DNA of 56,353 bases from the IMG/VR virus record IMGVR_UViG_3300002026_001292; one strand, written 5' to 3'. Shown here piece after piece: positions 20,265 through 29,832 of this stretch. Each line of letters starts with the position of its first letter. The first letter of the stretch is position 1. Made by a program: the position numbers and the translations under genes. Origin of the DNA: an uncultured virus (IMG/VR IMGVR_UViG_3300002026_001292). Taxonomy: Duplodnaviria; Heunggongvirae; Uroviricota; Caudoviricetes. Under the pieces are notes generated by a model. The model saw only the letters and a list, made by a program, of their open reading frames with translations, was not told the origin of the DNA and searched no databases.

Positions 20265-21458
20265 ATGAATTTAGTATATGACCCGATTATTACCTCAATG
20301 TTTGATGATGATTTATACAAACTGACTCAGCAACAAGCCTTTATGGAGCTATTCCCTACTGCAATAGGCGAATATAGGTTCCAGAATAGAGGTAGTCATA
20401 GATTTAATCAGGATTTTATAGACTCATTGAATTTCCAGATTAACGAATGTATGCCATCGTTAAAAGCTACAGATGCAGAAATTGAATGGCTTGGGAGAAA
20501 ATGTCATTTCTTTAAGCCTTGGTATTTAGAAGTGTTTAGGGGTTTCAGATATAATCCTAAAGGCGTCAACGTCCGTCTTGATTCAGATAATAATCTTGTT
20601 TTGGGTATTAAAGGCAAGGTAATAAACGAGATGATGTGGGAAGTTAAGTTGATGGCGACAATATCTGAGTTGTATTTTACTTTGATTGATACAACATGGA
20701 ATATGTATGGTCAAGAAGATATGGCTGCATTAAAGGCAGATGAATTAAGTTCTAATTATTGTAAATTTGTCGATTTTGGTACACGTAGAAGAAGAAATTT
20801 TGATACTCAAGACTTAGTTGTTAATACGATGAACACTTTTAGTGGGTTTATGGGTTCAAGTAATGTTCATCTTTCAATGAAATATCATCTTACTCCTAAG
20901 GGAACTCAGGCACATGAATGGTTTCAAGCTATGCAAGCCTTAGAGGGTATTCGCAATAGCAATTATTACGCTCTTAACAATTGGGTCAGAGTGTACAATG
21001 GTAATCTTGGTATCGCCTTGCCTGACACTCTTGGTACAGAACAGTTTTTGAAGAATTTCAATCTTAAGTATGCTAAGTTGTTTGACGGTGTTAGATGGGA
21101 TTCAGGAGATGCTTATTGGTTTACAGATTTAATTGTTGCACACTATAAGAGCCTTGGTATTGATCCTATGTCAAAAACGATTATTTACAGTAACGCTTTG
21201 GATTGTAAAAAAGCAGTTGAGATTAAGAAATACTGCGAAGGTAAGATTAAATGCTCTTTTGGCATCGGAACTTTTTTTACTGGAGATTTCAAGAATACAT
21301 TAGATGGTTCTGTTTCCAAGCCTTTAAATATGGTGATTAAGTTGTGGTCTGTTAATGATATACCTGTTGTTAAATTGTCAGACGATAAAGGCAAGGTTAT
21401 GGGTGACAGTGATGCAATAAGGGTAACGAAGTGGATGGTTAATGGAGAGAAACTATGA
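20265..21458 (+). CDS. pncB: Nicotinate phosphoribosyltransferase
   Basis: DDLYKLT, DFGTRRR, SNV, GTQAHEW, RWDSGD, SFGIGT, PLNMVIK, KLSDDKGK. Confidence 0.95.
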   Translation: MNLVYDPIITSMFDDDLYKLTQQQAFMELFPTAIGEYRFQNRGSHRFNQDFIDSLNFQINECMPSLKATDAEIEWLGRKCHFFKPWYLEVFRGFRYNPKGVNVRLDSDNNLVLGIKGKVINEMMWEVKLMATISELYFTLIDTTWNMYGQEDMAALKADELSSNYCKFVDFGTRRRRNFDTQDLVVNTMNTFSGFMGSSNVHLSMKYHLTPKGTQAHEWFQAMQALEGIRNSNYYALNNWVRVYNGNLGIALPDTLGTEQFLKNFNLKYAKLFDGVRWDSGDAYWFTDLIVAHYKSLGIDPMSKTIIYSNALDCKKAVEIKKYCEGKIKCSFGIGTFFTGDFKNTLDGSVSKPLNMVIKLWSVNDIPVVKLSDDKGKVMGDSDAIRVTKWMVNGEKL

Positions 21459-22033
21459 AAGCATATAAAGCAACAGACAACTTAAAATGTATTTCTCTAA
21501 CTTATGAGATTGGGAAAACTTATACATTTGAGGGGGAAATTGAATTGAAGTATTCAGGTTTTCATTTTTGTCCAAACGCCGCCGATACTTTACGCTGTAG
21601 TGACTATCGAGGGCAATCTTTGGTAATCGTTGAAGTTGAAGTTCTTGGTAATATTTACTGGTCGCCTTGGCACATTGAGGGAGTTACGGATAAATTAAAA
21701 GTAATAAGAGTGTTGCCTAAAGAAGAATATTTAAGCAATAACATTGATTTATACGAATATAATTCTTTTGGGAGTGTTACTAAATTAACGCAAACGTATG
21801 GAAGAGTAATTGAATATGAATATGATGCAAATAATAATCTTATAAAGATGACAGAGACAACCCCAGGTTGGACGCCGACTACTCGCTCTTATGAATATGA
21901 CAGTCGGAATAATCTGGTGAAAAGATTCTTCAACGGTAGAGAGGCAGAAAAATATGAATACGATTTTAAAAACAATTTAATCAAAAAAGCATACGGCAGT
22001 GATAGAGGATGGTCTATAAAAATAGATGACTAA
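21455..22033 (+). CDS. Phage protein with N-terminal YEIG/GFHFC domain and YD/RHS-like repeats
   Basis: KAYKAT..LKC...YEIGKTY...GFHFC; repeated YEYD.NNNL. Confidence 0.7.
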   Translation: MKAYKATDNLKCISLTYEIGKTYTFEGEIELKYSGFHFCPNAADTLRCSDYRGQSLVIVEVEVLGNIYWSPWHIEGVTDKLKVIRVLPKEEYLSNNIDLYEYNSFGSVTKLTQTYGRVIEYEYDANNNLIKMTETTPGWTPTTRSYEYDSRNNLVKRFFNGREAEKYEYDFKNNLIKKAYGSDRGWSIKIDD

Positions 22034-22082
22034 TATATGAAAAAGATAGGTATAGTAGGTTCTAGGCGTAGAGATTCAAATG
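22031..22082 (+). repeat. 52-bp direct repeat, copy 1 (duplicate of the start of the 23431 gene)
   Basis: taatatatgaaaaagataggtatagtaggttctaggcgtagagattcaaatg is identical to 23425-23476. Confidence 0.95.
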
Positions 22083-22162
22083 CGTTTAAAGCAACATAGA
22101 ATCTAAAGGTTGTGTTATTGGTTCGCTATTAATTTTTATTGACTTTGTGTATTTCCCCTGTT

Positions 22163-23278
22163 TTAGCTCTTATATTGTATTTTATAATTTCTAAAGCTGC
22201 GGATGCTTTTAGCGATTTTATACCAATTATTATTGAATGCCCTTATTGTGTTAGGTAATGAATCATTGAACGACATAAGGTCTTTAAATGCACTTTCATA
22301 AGAGCTTTTGTCTTCAAGGTGCCTGTCTGGATGAAGTAACATAGCTAATCTACGAAATATTTTCTTCCAAGATAGTTTATCTAAATGTTCTGGTACATCT
22401 TTAATACCGTCCACTAAATTACCACCATTCAATTCATTTTTGTTGAAAAGCATTGAGTATTTATTAATGAAATCTTTAACCTTTTGAGCCAAAGAAGAAT
22501 TTTGAGTCCTTATATCATAAAAGGAGTTTTCATCTTCATTCAATTCATTTTCGTGTAATCTTTCCCACCGATTCCACCTAATTTCCTCTTCTTTCGCTTT
22601 TAACCCCTCTTTATATGCCTCGTCTATCTCAATATCATTAGGATATTGGCTTTTCCACCACTCATAATTACTTTTAAACTCTTCATTTGTGTCGCCGGGT
22701 GAACCTTCTTTCAGAGTTTGTATAATGATAAGTCTATAAATTCTATTGTCTCTGGCGAACTCTGGAGAAAGTTTCTTCTCTAATATATTCCCAATAAGAT
22801 TGTCTATCTTATTAAGATATTCTTGGTAGTATTCTTTATATTGTATTAGTAGAGGCTTGTAATTAACTATATAGCCTATTAATACATCTTTTAGGCGGAT
22901 ATTGCTGGACATTTTTTCTTTCCAAAAATCTTGCAAATTTGGCATATCAGGAAGTAAACCATTAATATATTTTTCTTCCCAATTATTTTGTTTTTGATAA
23001 CATTTCAGTTTTTCTTTTGGAATATCTTTCATTGGTTGATGAATATCATACACAGATAGGAACAGTAGTGAATTTATCATATCACTTACTTCCTTATCAG
23101 ATATTGTGTGTGAGGATGTAAGTTCGAGGCTATTTCCTATTGCTTTTAATCTTATGGAAACCCTTTTTCTAATAAGATTTATGGAAAGTTCTTCACTAAC
23201 TAAGTCAAGAAATTCATCCGAACATTTCAAGTCATTGTCTGGAACTATGTCTGTAGCTATTTTATACCAACTCTTCAT
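22163..23278 (-). CDS. Protein with C-terminal J-domain-like (HPD) segment
   Basis: WKKIFRRLAMLLHPDRH...ESAFKDL; WYKIA motif near both termini. Confidence 0.7.
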   Translation of the reverse strand: MKSWYKIATDIVPDNDLKCSDEFLDLVSEELSINLIRKRVSIRLKAIGNSLELTSSHTISDKEVSDMINSLLFLSVYDIHQPMKDIPKEKLKCYQKQNNWEEKYINGLLPDMPNLQDFWKEKMSSNIRLKDVLIGYIVNYKPLLIQYKEYYQEYLNKIDNLIGNILEKKLSPEFARDNRIYRLIIIQTLKEGSPGDTNEEFKSNYEWWKSQYPNDIEIDEAYKEGLKAKEEEIRWNRWERLHENELNEDENSFYDIRTQNSSLAQKVKDFINKYSMLFNKNELNGGNLVDGIKDVPEHLDKLSWKKIFRRLAMLLHPDRHLEDKSSYESAFKDLMSFNDSLPNTIRAFNNNWYKIAKSIRSFRNYKIQYKS

Positions 23279-23424
23279 AATATCTAATTCAAAAATAAAT
23301 AAATTTTTCCTTTGCTGATTTTAAAAGGGCTTTGGAAAGACTCTATTGGTTTTCCACAGTTTTTACAATTAGTTTTAATTTTTATATTATAGAAATGTTG
23401 CAAAATCCCCTTCATATTGTATAA

Positions 23425-23476
23425 TAATATATGAAAAAGATAGGTATAGTAGGTTCTAGGCGTAGAGATTCAAATG
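23425..23476 (+). repeat. 52-bp direct repeat, copy 2
   Basis: Identical to 22031-22082. Confidence 0.95.
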
Positions 23477-23847
23477 TTGATCTTGAATTATGTAGGAAGG
23501 TATTTAACTCCATTTATGAAGATGGTGATATAATCGTATCGGGTCATTGTCCAAAAGGGGCAGATGCTATGGCGGAAATATTTGCTAAAGAACTTAATTT
23601 AACTGAAGCAAATGGCAAGTTAATATTGCATCGTCCTGATTGGGATGCTCATGGTAAGGCTGCTGGATTTGTTAGAAACACATTTATAGCAGAAGATTCA
23701 GATGTTATAATAGCGTTATTGCCCAACGATGGTTCGCATAGTTATGGCACAGAAGATACAGTTAAGAAAGCGATTAAGTTAGGTAAACAGATTCTATTGG
23801 TCGATCAGCCTTCAATAGAGGAATTTGACCCGTTAAAAGAAGTATGA
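23431..23847 (+). CDS. SLOG-superfamily (YspA/DprA-like) nucleotide-binding protein
   Basis: IGIVGSR, IVSG..KGAD..AE, DW..HGKAAGFVRN, GT..TV..A. Confidence 0.85.
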   Translation: MKKIGIVGSRRRDSNVDLELCRKVFNSIYEDGDIIVSGHCPKGADAMAEIFAKELNLTEANGKLILHRPDWDAHGKAAGFVRNTFIAEDSDVIIALLPNDGSHSYGTEDTVKKAIKLGKQILLVDQPSIEEFDPLKEV

Positions 23848-24743
23848 ACAATTATTGGTTAGGAAAAAAGAACAAAACGTCTCAATTTGAGTGTTGCTCC
23901 ATTGTTTCAGACATAATCTTGTTTAATGGCAGAAAAGGCATTACACAAGACAGCTTTGAACAAAAATGGAATTATGAAGAGTATCCTCCTTCCATATCTA
24001 CCGTTCATAAGTTAGTGAAATACAAACATATCAAATGGTACATAAGGAATCATATAACAGTTGATGATAAAATATGGAACGGAGATTTTATACATGGGTT
24101 GTCAACTTGTGGTAGAATCAAATGGTATAAAAGTACGTTCCCAAGTTTATCGTGGACATCAAACTCATCATTGGCTGATATATTAAGAGAATGTCCATTT
24201 TACGGCAAGGTTACAGCGTATAAGAATGAAGCTTCTATGAGTGCGTTGTACAAATGGTGCGATGTTCCTGCTTTATATTTGCCATATGAAGAAAAATCAA
24301 TTTCATTTATGGCTGGAGTGTTGGCAACTGGAACAATAATAGAAAAGAATGGCAATACATACGCGAACTATTCAAGACTTGCGTTGCCGTATATTTTGAA
24401 ATTTGGGATACCTATAGAGTATTCAAGTCCAAGTAAGATATATAACTTAGTCTCACCAATATGGGCTGCTATACTTACTGACTACATGCCTAGCTCATGC
24501 AAAAAATGGTTGGAGATAAAACATGGTGGATATAAATCTGAAATGTATGCTCCTATTCTTTGGCGGATGTATGTTTCAAATGATATACAACGTGGGGGAA
24601 TTCCTTATTTGAATTCAAGGCGATGGGTATATAATCATTTTGGTACGATAGAAGATACGGAGCAGCAGTGGTTGAAATTAGGTTTGTCACAGCTTGATAG
24701 TAGATTTAGAATTGCGATTAGATCTTCTCTGAAAAATGTATAA
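23844..24743 (+). CDS. Hypothetical protein
   Basis: 299-aa coupled ORF. Confidence 0.65.
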   Translation: MNNYWLGKKNKTSQFECCSIVSDIILFNGRKGITQDSFEQKWNYEEYPPSISTVHKLVKYKHIKWYIRNHITVDDKIWNGDFIHGLSTCGRIKWYKSTFPSLSWTSNSSLADILRECPFYGKVTAYKNEASMSALYKWCDVPALYLPYEEKSISFMAGVLATGTIIEKNGNTYANYSRLALPYILKFGIPIEYSSPSKIYNLVSPIWAAILTDYMPSSCKKWLEIKHGGYKSEMYAPILWRMYVSNDIQRGGIPYLNSRRWVYNHFGTIEDTEQQWLKLGLSQLDSRFRIAIRSSLKNV

Positions 24744-24750
24744 TATTAAA

Positions 24751-24996
24751 ATGAAAAAAGACAATATAAATACAGTTGAGCATGATTTTGAAAAAGATTA
24801 TGTGAAAGAAATGTTTGATTTTAGAGAAACCAGATTGGGGAATACGATAGTTACAAATGCAGAAGTCAAAGAAGGTTATTTGGTTGATGGATTTACTATG
24901 GTTAAGATAGAAAGAGAGCTTCCTGAAAGTTATTTAGAAAATGATTCAGAGACGCGGATTAGAGCTAGAGTTAAGAGAATTGGCACGAGTAGTTAA
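24751..24996 (+). CDS. Hypothetical protein
   Basis: ORF after TGTATAAT. Confidence 0.55.
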   Translation: MKKDNINTVEHDFEKDYVKEMFDFRETRLGNTIVTNAEVKEGYLVDGFTMVKIERELPESYLENDSETRIRARVKRIGTSS

Positions 24997-25023
24997 ATGG
25001 AAGAATATTCATGGAGGTTATAA

Positions 25024-26079
25024 ATGAAGTATCTATTAATCGATGGCAACAATTTGGCGGTTAGAGCTAGTTTTGCGAATTCAGAATTGAAAAATCAAGA
25101 CGGGATTCCAACAGGGGCACATTTTGGAGTCTTCCAATCTTTGATAACTTTGAAGAAAAGGTTTAAAGAGTATCAATTCCTCATGGTGTGGGATGGTAAA
25201 TCTAAACGCAGGGTTGAAGAAGCTAAAAAAGGCGTAGAGCGAGGTGCAGTTCCTTCTGGATACAAGGAGAATCGTCCAAAAGGAGAAGAAATGCCAAAAC
25301 CACTATTGGATTTTTATTCTCAATCTGATTACTTGAAGATTGGAATTGGGCAATTAGGCATTCCTCAGATCCGTTTGTCAGAATTTGAAGCGGACGATGT
25401 GATTGCTAGTTACGCTAAAAAATTGAAAAAAGATCATTTTGTAATGGTAAATACATCCGATAATGATTATTGGCAAATTTTAGACGAAAATGTTGTTTTG
25501 TGGGACGGAATGAAGAGTCTAGAAACAACCAAATCTTCTTGGGAACAGGAGTTTGGCATAACCACCGATTTAGCTATTGATATGGGGGCATTCAAAGGAG
25601 ATACTGGAGATAACATTTTCGGAATTCCAGGTTGGGGTGAAAAGACAGCTATTAAAGAACTTAAAGTACATAAGTCATGGAAGAATATATTGTCGCACTA
25701 TCATAGCAAGTATGACAGTTTACGTGTCAAATATCCAGATTTGACTGATGAAAACGAGTTCAAGATAATTAAAGAGATAAAAACAGATCCAGACAAACCG
25801 ACAGCCAGACTTAAATTTGCCGAAATTACTTTTGATATGCCATTTACTGGGGTATGTAAGGCTCTTAATGATGGTGTTATAAAAATACCTAAAACAGAAT
25901 TAATGGCTCTTATGTTTGAAAAGCGTTTGGAATTAGCTTATTCACTCAAGAAAATGGATGATGAAATTGCTGATCTGCCTGATATAGAACAAGGCGAGTT
26001 CAATTATCAAAGAGTAGTTGAATATTTAGAATATTACGATATATACACTTTGCATGATGACGTAAGACTTTTTAATTAA
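25024..26079 (+). CDS. 5'-3' exonuclease / flap endonuclease (Pol I N-terminal, T4 RNase H-like)
   Basis: LLIDGNN, WDG, YKENR, EADDVIAS, SDNDYWQ, GDTGDNIFGIPGWGEKTA. Confidence 0.92.
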   Translation: MKYLLIDGNNLAVRASFANSELKNQDGIPTGAHFGVFQSLITLKKRFKEYQFLMVWDGKSKRRVEEAKKGVERGAVPSGYKENRPKGEEMPKPLLDFYSQSDYLKIGIGQLGIPQIRLSEFEADDVIASYAKKLKKDHFVMVNTSDNDYWQILDENVVLWDGMKSLETTKSSWEQEFGITTDLAIDMGAFKGDTGDNIFGIPGWGEKTAIKELKVHKSWKNILSHYHSKYDSLRVKYPDLTDENEFKIIKEIKTDPDKPTARLKFAEITFDMPFTGVCKALNDGVIKIPKTELMALMFEKRLELAYSLKKMDDEIADLPDIEQGEFNYQRVVEYLEYYDIYTLHDDVRLFN

Positions 26080-26095
26080 TGGCGGGAAATTAGTT

Positions 26096-26614
26096 ATGAT
26101 TGAGAAAAGATATTCATTACACGATATATTGTTAATGGATCAATATATTATGGAGTTGGCAAGTTATGAATCGACCCAAGGGATGTTGATATATCCAACA
26201 GATTTTGAAAGCATTCTTAAATTGCAGGAAAAAACAAGGTCTAATTTCCATCAATTCAAAAAAATGATTCAAAACAATGAGTGCTCCATTGAAGAATTAG
26301 AGCAGATGGTGATTAATCGTCATGGACCAATACCTAATGCCAATTCAAAAATGACATTCCAAGAGACTATTGAACATTATGCTAATAAACCCGATGCATT
26401 GCCTCCAAGAGTTGAAAACGATTATTTATTGATGACTGATGTATTATTTAAGGCTTTCAATAATGCGTTGGTAGCTGAATATAACGATTTAGAGAATGAA
26501 TCATTAAATACTCCAAAAGAAGAAATCATAGAGGAACCCGTCAAGAAAGCTGCCGCAAAGAAGCCTCCAACAAAGAAAAAAACAGTGAAGAAAACTGATA
26601 AAGAGGTAGAATAA
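26096..26614 (+). CDS. Hypothetical protein with basic C-terminal tail
   Basis: 172-aa ORF ending in a KKAAAKKPPTKKK-type tail. Confidence 0.65.
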   Translation: MIEKRYSLHDILLMDQYIMELASYESTQGMLIYPTDFESILKLQEKTRSNFHQFKKMIQNNECSIEELEQMVINRHGPIPNANSKMTFQETIEHYANKPDALPPRVENDYLLMTDVLFKAFNNALVAEYNDLENESLNTPKEEIIEEPVKKAAAKKPPTKKKTVKKTDKEVE

Positions 26615-27222
26615 TGCTAACTATAAAACAAAAAGCAGATTTACTAATTGAGAATTTTTCAAAAAGTATATTAAATATAAAGATAGATGATAATTTTGAT
26701 AGAGCTGTACAAGCAATATATGAGTGTGAAGGGAAAATAATAACTACAGGCATGGGGAAAGCAGGTATCGCTATGAGAAAGTTTTCTTCAACTCTTTGTT
26801 CGTTGGGAACTCCTTCATGTTATCTTCATCCAGGTGAGGCGTCACACGGAGATTTGGGTGTAATTGACAATAAAGACATTCTATTTGTTGCATCGACTTC
26901 TGGAAAGACAAGAGAAGTATTGGAAGTTATTGATTTGAGTCGAAACATAAATTGTCAACCTATTATAGGATTAACATCTCATCCAGATAGTGTAATCAGG
27001 AGTAAAGCGGATATTGTTTTGGATATGGGTATTATTAAAGAGGCTGGTTTTGCAGATATGAATTTAGCTCCTACTACTTCTATTTTGATTATGCAGGCGA
27101 TTACCGATATAATATCCTTACTTGTAGCAGATAAAAAATGTTTTTCCAGTAATGATTTCAAAAACTATCACCATTCGGGTTATTTGGGAGCTGTTTCAAG
27201 AAAAGAGGATACAATATATTAG
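26614..27222 (+). CDS. SIS-domain sugar isomerase, KdsD/GutQ (arabinose-5-phosphate isomerase)-like, no CBS
   Basis: TGMGKAG, SLGTP...HPGEASHGDLG, STSGKTRE, LAPTTS, FKNYHHSGYLG. Confidence 0.85.
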   Translation: MLTIKQKADLLIENFSKSILNIKIDDNFDRAVQAIYECEGKIITTGMGKAGIAMRKFSSTLCSLGTPSCYLHPGEASHGDLGVIDNKDILFVASTSGKTREVLEVIDLSRNINCQPIIGLTSHPDSVIRSKADIVLDMGIIKEAGFADMNLAPTTSILIMQAITDIISLLVADKKCFSSNDFKNYHHSGYLGAVSRKEDTIY

Positions 27223-27306
27223 AATTTTTATTAAAGGGTTTATATTTAACATTAAGAAATATATGTAATGACGGTTTATTGTTTAACAAAAATGGGAGGT
27301 CAAAAA

Positions 27307-27747
27307 ATGAAAAGATTAGTTATGTTGGGTGTTATGTTTATTGTTGTCGCATTAAATGGATGTGTGTCTGGATATGTTTTGAAAGCCAACAAACAGCAAG
27401 CCGCAATGTGGAAAGCAGTAGCGGCAAATAACGAACGTGCCATTAAGGATATGGAAGGCGGGAAAACTTATAAAGAGGCAGGAATGGAAGTTAGTACATG
27501 GGAAGGTATTAAAGAAGGTCCATTAACTCAGGCTGGAGCTTTTATAGCGGATTGTGGCATTATATGGGGTGGAGCAGAAGGCATTCAATGGATTGCCGAC
27601 CAGAGTGGGGATGGGGATGGAGAGCGTTCAAGTTCTACTCAAGATTCAGGCAGAGATAGTATTAACTACAACATTACTGGAGATGGTAATACTATCAATC
27701 ATAATGGTGACACAACTACTATTGGCGGTCCAACTGAATCTAACTAG
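27307..27747 (+). CDS. Putative lipoprotein
   Basis: MKRLVMLGVMFIVVALNGC lipobox-like signal; GGAGG SD. Confidence 0.65.
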   Translation: MKRLVMLGVMFIVVALNGCVSGYVLKANKQQAAMWKAVAANNERAIKDMEGGKTYKEAGMEVSTWEGIKEGPLTQAGAFIADCGIIWGGAEGIQWIADQSGDGDGERSSSTQDSGRDSINYNITGDGNTINHNGDTTTIGGPTESN

Positions 27748-27767
27748 TATTTAATTAGGGAGTTATC

Positions 27768-28256
27768 ATGGTAAAAAACTATTTGTATAAATTTATTATA
27801 TTGTGCATGTCAGTATTGATTATCTCTTCTTGTGAATCAGACGATAGTAGTTCAAAATCAAATGAAGATGATTCAGAGAAATTATTGGAAATGACTTGCG
27901 TTGTTAAAATGAGAAGTTTTAACGATTGGACTGGTTCTCAAGCTGGAGATGTTGCTCAATATGATTGCGGTGATAAGAGAATCATATATACAACGGAAAC
28001 AAAAGCGTTGCGTCAAAAAGAATCATGTAGCGGATTCTATAGTGTAGACCATACAGAAATAACTATAGATGATATTTTGATAGTTAAATATAAGAAAAAA
28101 GATATAGACTATACTCTTACTCCAACTACAGTTAGGGCGACCTCAATTGAAGCATACCGTCCTGAATGCGTATTGGGACCAGTTGTAGACCCAAATGTAT
28201 GTAGTCAATGCGGTCAATCTACTGGAAACTCATGTAGTTCTTGCAATAATAATTAA
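27768..28256 (+). CDS. Putative lipoprotein with Cys-rich C-terminus
   Basis: Signal peptide ending ISSC; terminal CSQC...CSSC. Confidence 0.65.
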   Translation: MVKNYLYKFIILCMSVLIISSCESDDSSSKSNEDDSEKLLEMTCVVKMRSFNDWTGSQAGDVAQYDCGDKRIIYTTETKALRQKESCSGFYSVDHTEITIDDILIVKYKKKDIDYTLTPTTVRATSIEAYRPECVLGPVVDPNVCSQCGQSTGNSCSSCNNN

Positions 28257-28278
28257 AAATAACCTATTAGGAGAAAAT

Positions 28279-29121
28279 ATGTTTAAAACACCATTTGTAT
28301 TTAACGCAACGACAACAAAAACAACGACTCCAATGATTCCAACGTCAAGTCGTAAAAAAGCATTATGTGCAGGGATTAACGATTATCCTGGTACTGGCAA
28401 TGACCTGAGAGGATGCGTACCTGATGCTAAAGCTTGGATACAATTGCTGAGTACAAATTATGGGTTTAATATAAAGTCTCTTTTTGACAGTCAAGTTAAA
28501 CATAGCGTATTTACAGAAATATTTGGCAATTATGTGGCTGATAGTAAGTCAGGTGATTCAATAGTAATTACGTTTTCTGGTCATGGAACTAATATTCCAG
28601 ATCTTAATGGAGATGAGGAAGATGGTCGTGAAGAGGCGTTATGCTTGTATGATGGTTTATTGATTGATGACGCTATTAGAGCTATTCTTCAGAATTTACA
28701 CCCTGAAGCAAAACTAACTATTATATCTGATTCTTGCCATTCTGGAACGGTTACTAGGGCGTTTTTATCAACTATGAATGGTAAAGATCATCCTCGTCCT
28801 CGCTATATGCCTTTCGACGACAATTCTAGTGTTTTTTCACGTACAAATATAACTAAAAAGATATTTAAACCAGAAGAAGAAATGAACGAGATTCTAATTT
28901 CAGGATGTTTGCCTAATGAATATTCTTATGACGCTAAAATAGGTGGTACATTTAGAGGGGCGATGTCGTATTATGCTATAGAGATTTTAAAGAAATACCC
29001 ATCTATTACTTATGAAAATTTCTACACTCATCTAAGGGCTGATTTGCCGTCTGGTAATTACCCGCAGACCCCTCAACTTGAATCGAAATTAGACAACAAA
29101 AAAACGGTTATGTTTGCTTAA
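28279..29121 (+). CDS. Metacaspase (peptidase C14)
   Basis: KALCAGINDY, LRGC, FSGHG, SDSCHSG catalytic dyad, QTPQL. Confidence 0.92.
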   Translation: MFKTPFVFNATTTKTTTPMIPTSSRKKALCAGINDYPGTGNDLRGCVPDAKAWIQLLSTNYGFNIKSLFDSQVKHSVFTEIFGNYVADSKSGDSIVITFSGHGTNIPDLNGDEEDGREEALCLYDGLLIDDAIRAILQNLHPEAKLTIISDSCHSGTVTRAFLSTMNGKDHPRPRYMPFDDNSSVFSRTNITKKIFKPEEEMNEILISGCLPNEYSYDAKIGGTFRGAMSYYAIEILKKYPSITYENFYTHLRADLPSGNYPQTPQLESKLDNKKTVMFA

Positions 29122-29150
29122 CCTGTTTGCTTAATCTAATCAAAAGTTTA

Positions 29151-29193
29151 ATATACTAGCGTCAAAAAACACATATTCTCTACGCTAGTATAT
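29151..29193. repeat. Perfect 12-bp inverted repeat (hairpin/operator)
   Basis: atatactagcgt-N19-acgctagtatat between the metacaspase and phosphoesterase genes. Confidence 0.6.
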
Positions 29194-29223
29194 AGAATAA
29201 TTGTCTTTTTTGTATAATAAAAC

Positions 29224-29832
29224 ATGAATTATTTTACAAGCGACTATCACTGGGGACATAAAAACATCATAACAATGTGTAATAGACCTTATCTAGACAT
29301 TTATACTCATGACGATGATGTGATTCAAAAGCATAATTCGGTTGTTACAGATAGCGATGATGTTTGGGATTTAGGGGATATTGCTTATCGTTGCTCTGCC
29401 GAATATTTAGTTGAGCGTATTAAGCGTTTGAAGGGGAAAAGGCATATCGTAATGGGAAATCACGATAAACCTCTTAGACAGGCATATAAGCAAGGTTTAT
29501 TGAAATGTTTGATAGACAGTGGGAAACTAGAGATTATAGGAGGCGATACAGCTATTGATGATTCGACTTTGGCTATTTCAAAAATGCTTAATATTGACGG
29601 GCAACAGGTATTTGTAAGTCATTATGCGTACAAAACGTGGACGGGGGCATTCAGAGGTACAATAATGTTATATGGTCATAGTCATGGTAATTTAACTGAG
29701 TCTTTATATAAAAGTTTTGACGTAGGTATTGATTCGCACAACTATTATCCTTGGAGTTGGATTCAAGTAAAAGAACGTATAAGCAAAGTATCAATTGATT
29801 TTTCGGAAAAATATGAATGTAAGAATGATTGA
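29224..29832 (+). CDS. Calcineurin-like metallophosphoesterase
   Basis: SDYHWGH, LGD, GNHD, SHY, GHSHG motifs. Confidence 0.9.
   Translation: MNYFTSDYHWGHKNIITMCNRPYLDIYTHDDDVIQKHNSVVTDSDDVWDLGDIAYRCSAEYLVERIKRLKGKRHIVMGNHDKPLRQAYKQGLLKCLIDSGKLEIIGGDTAIDDSTLAISKMLNIDGQQVFVSHYAYKTWTGAFRGTIMLYGHSHGNLTESLYKSFDVGIDSHNYYPWSWIQVKERISKVSIDFSEKYECKND

Noticed and set aside
29111..29134. Tandem tgtttgcttaa duplication at the end of the metacaspase gene
   Set aside because: Only 11 bp in two copies; too short to interpret.
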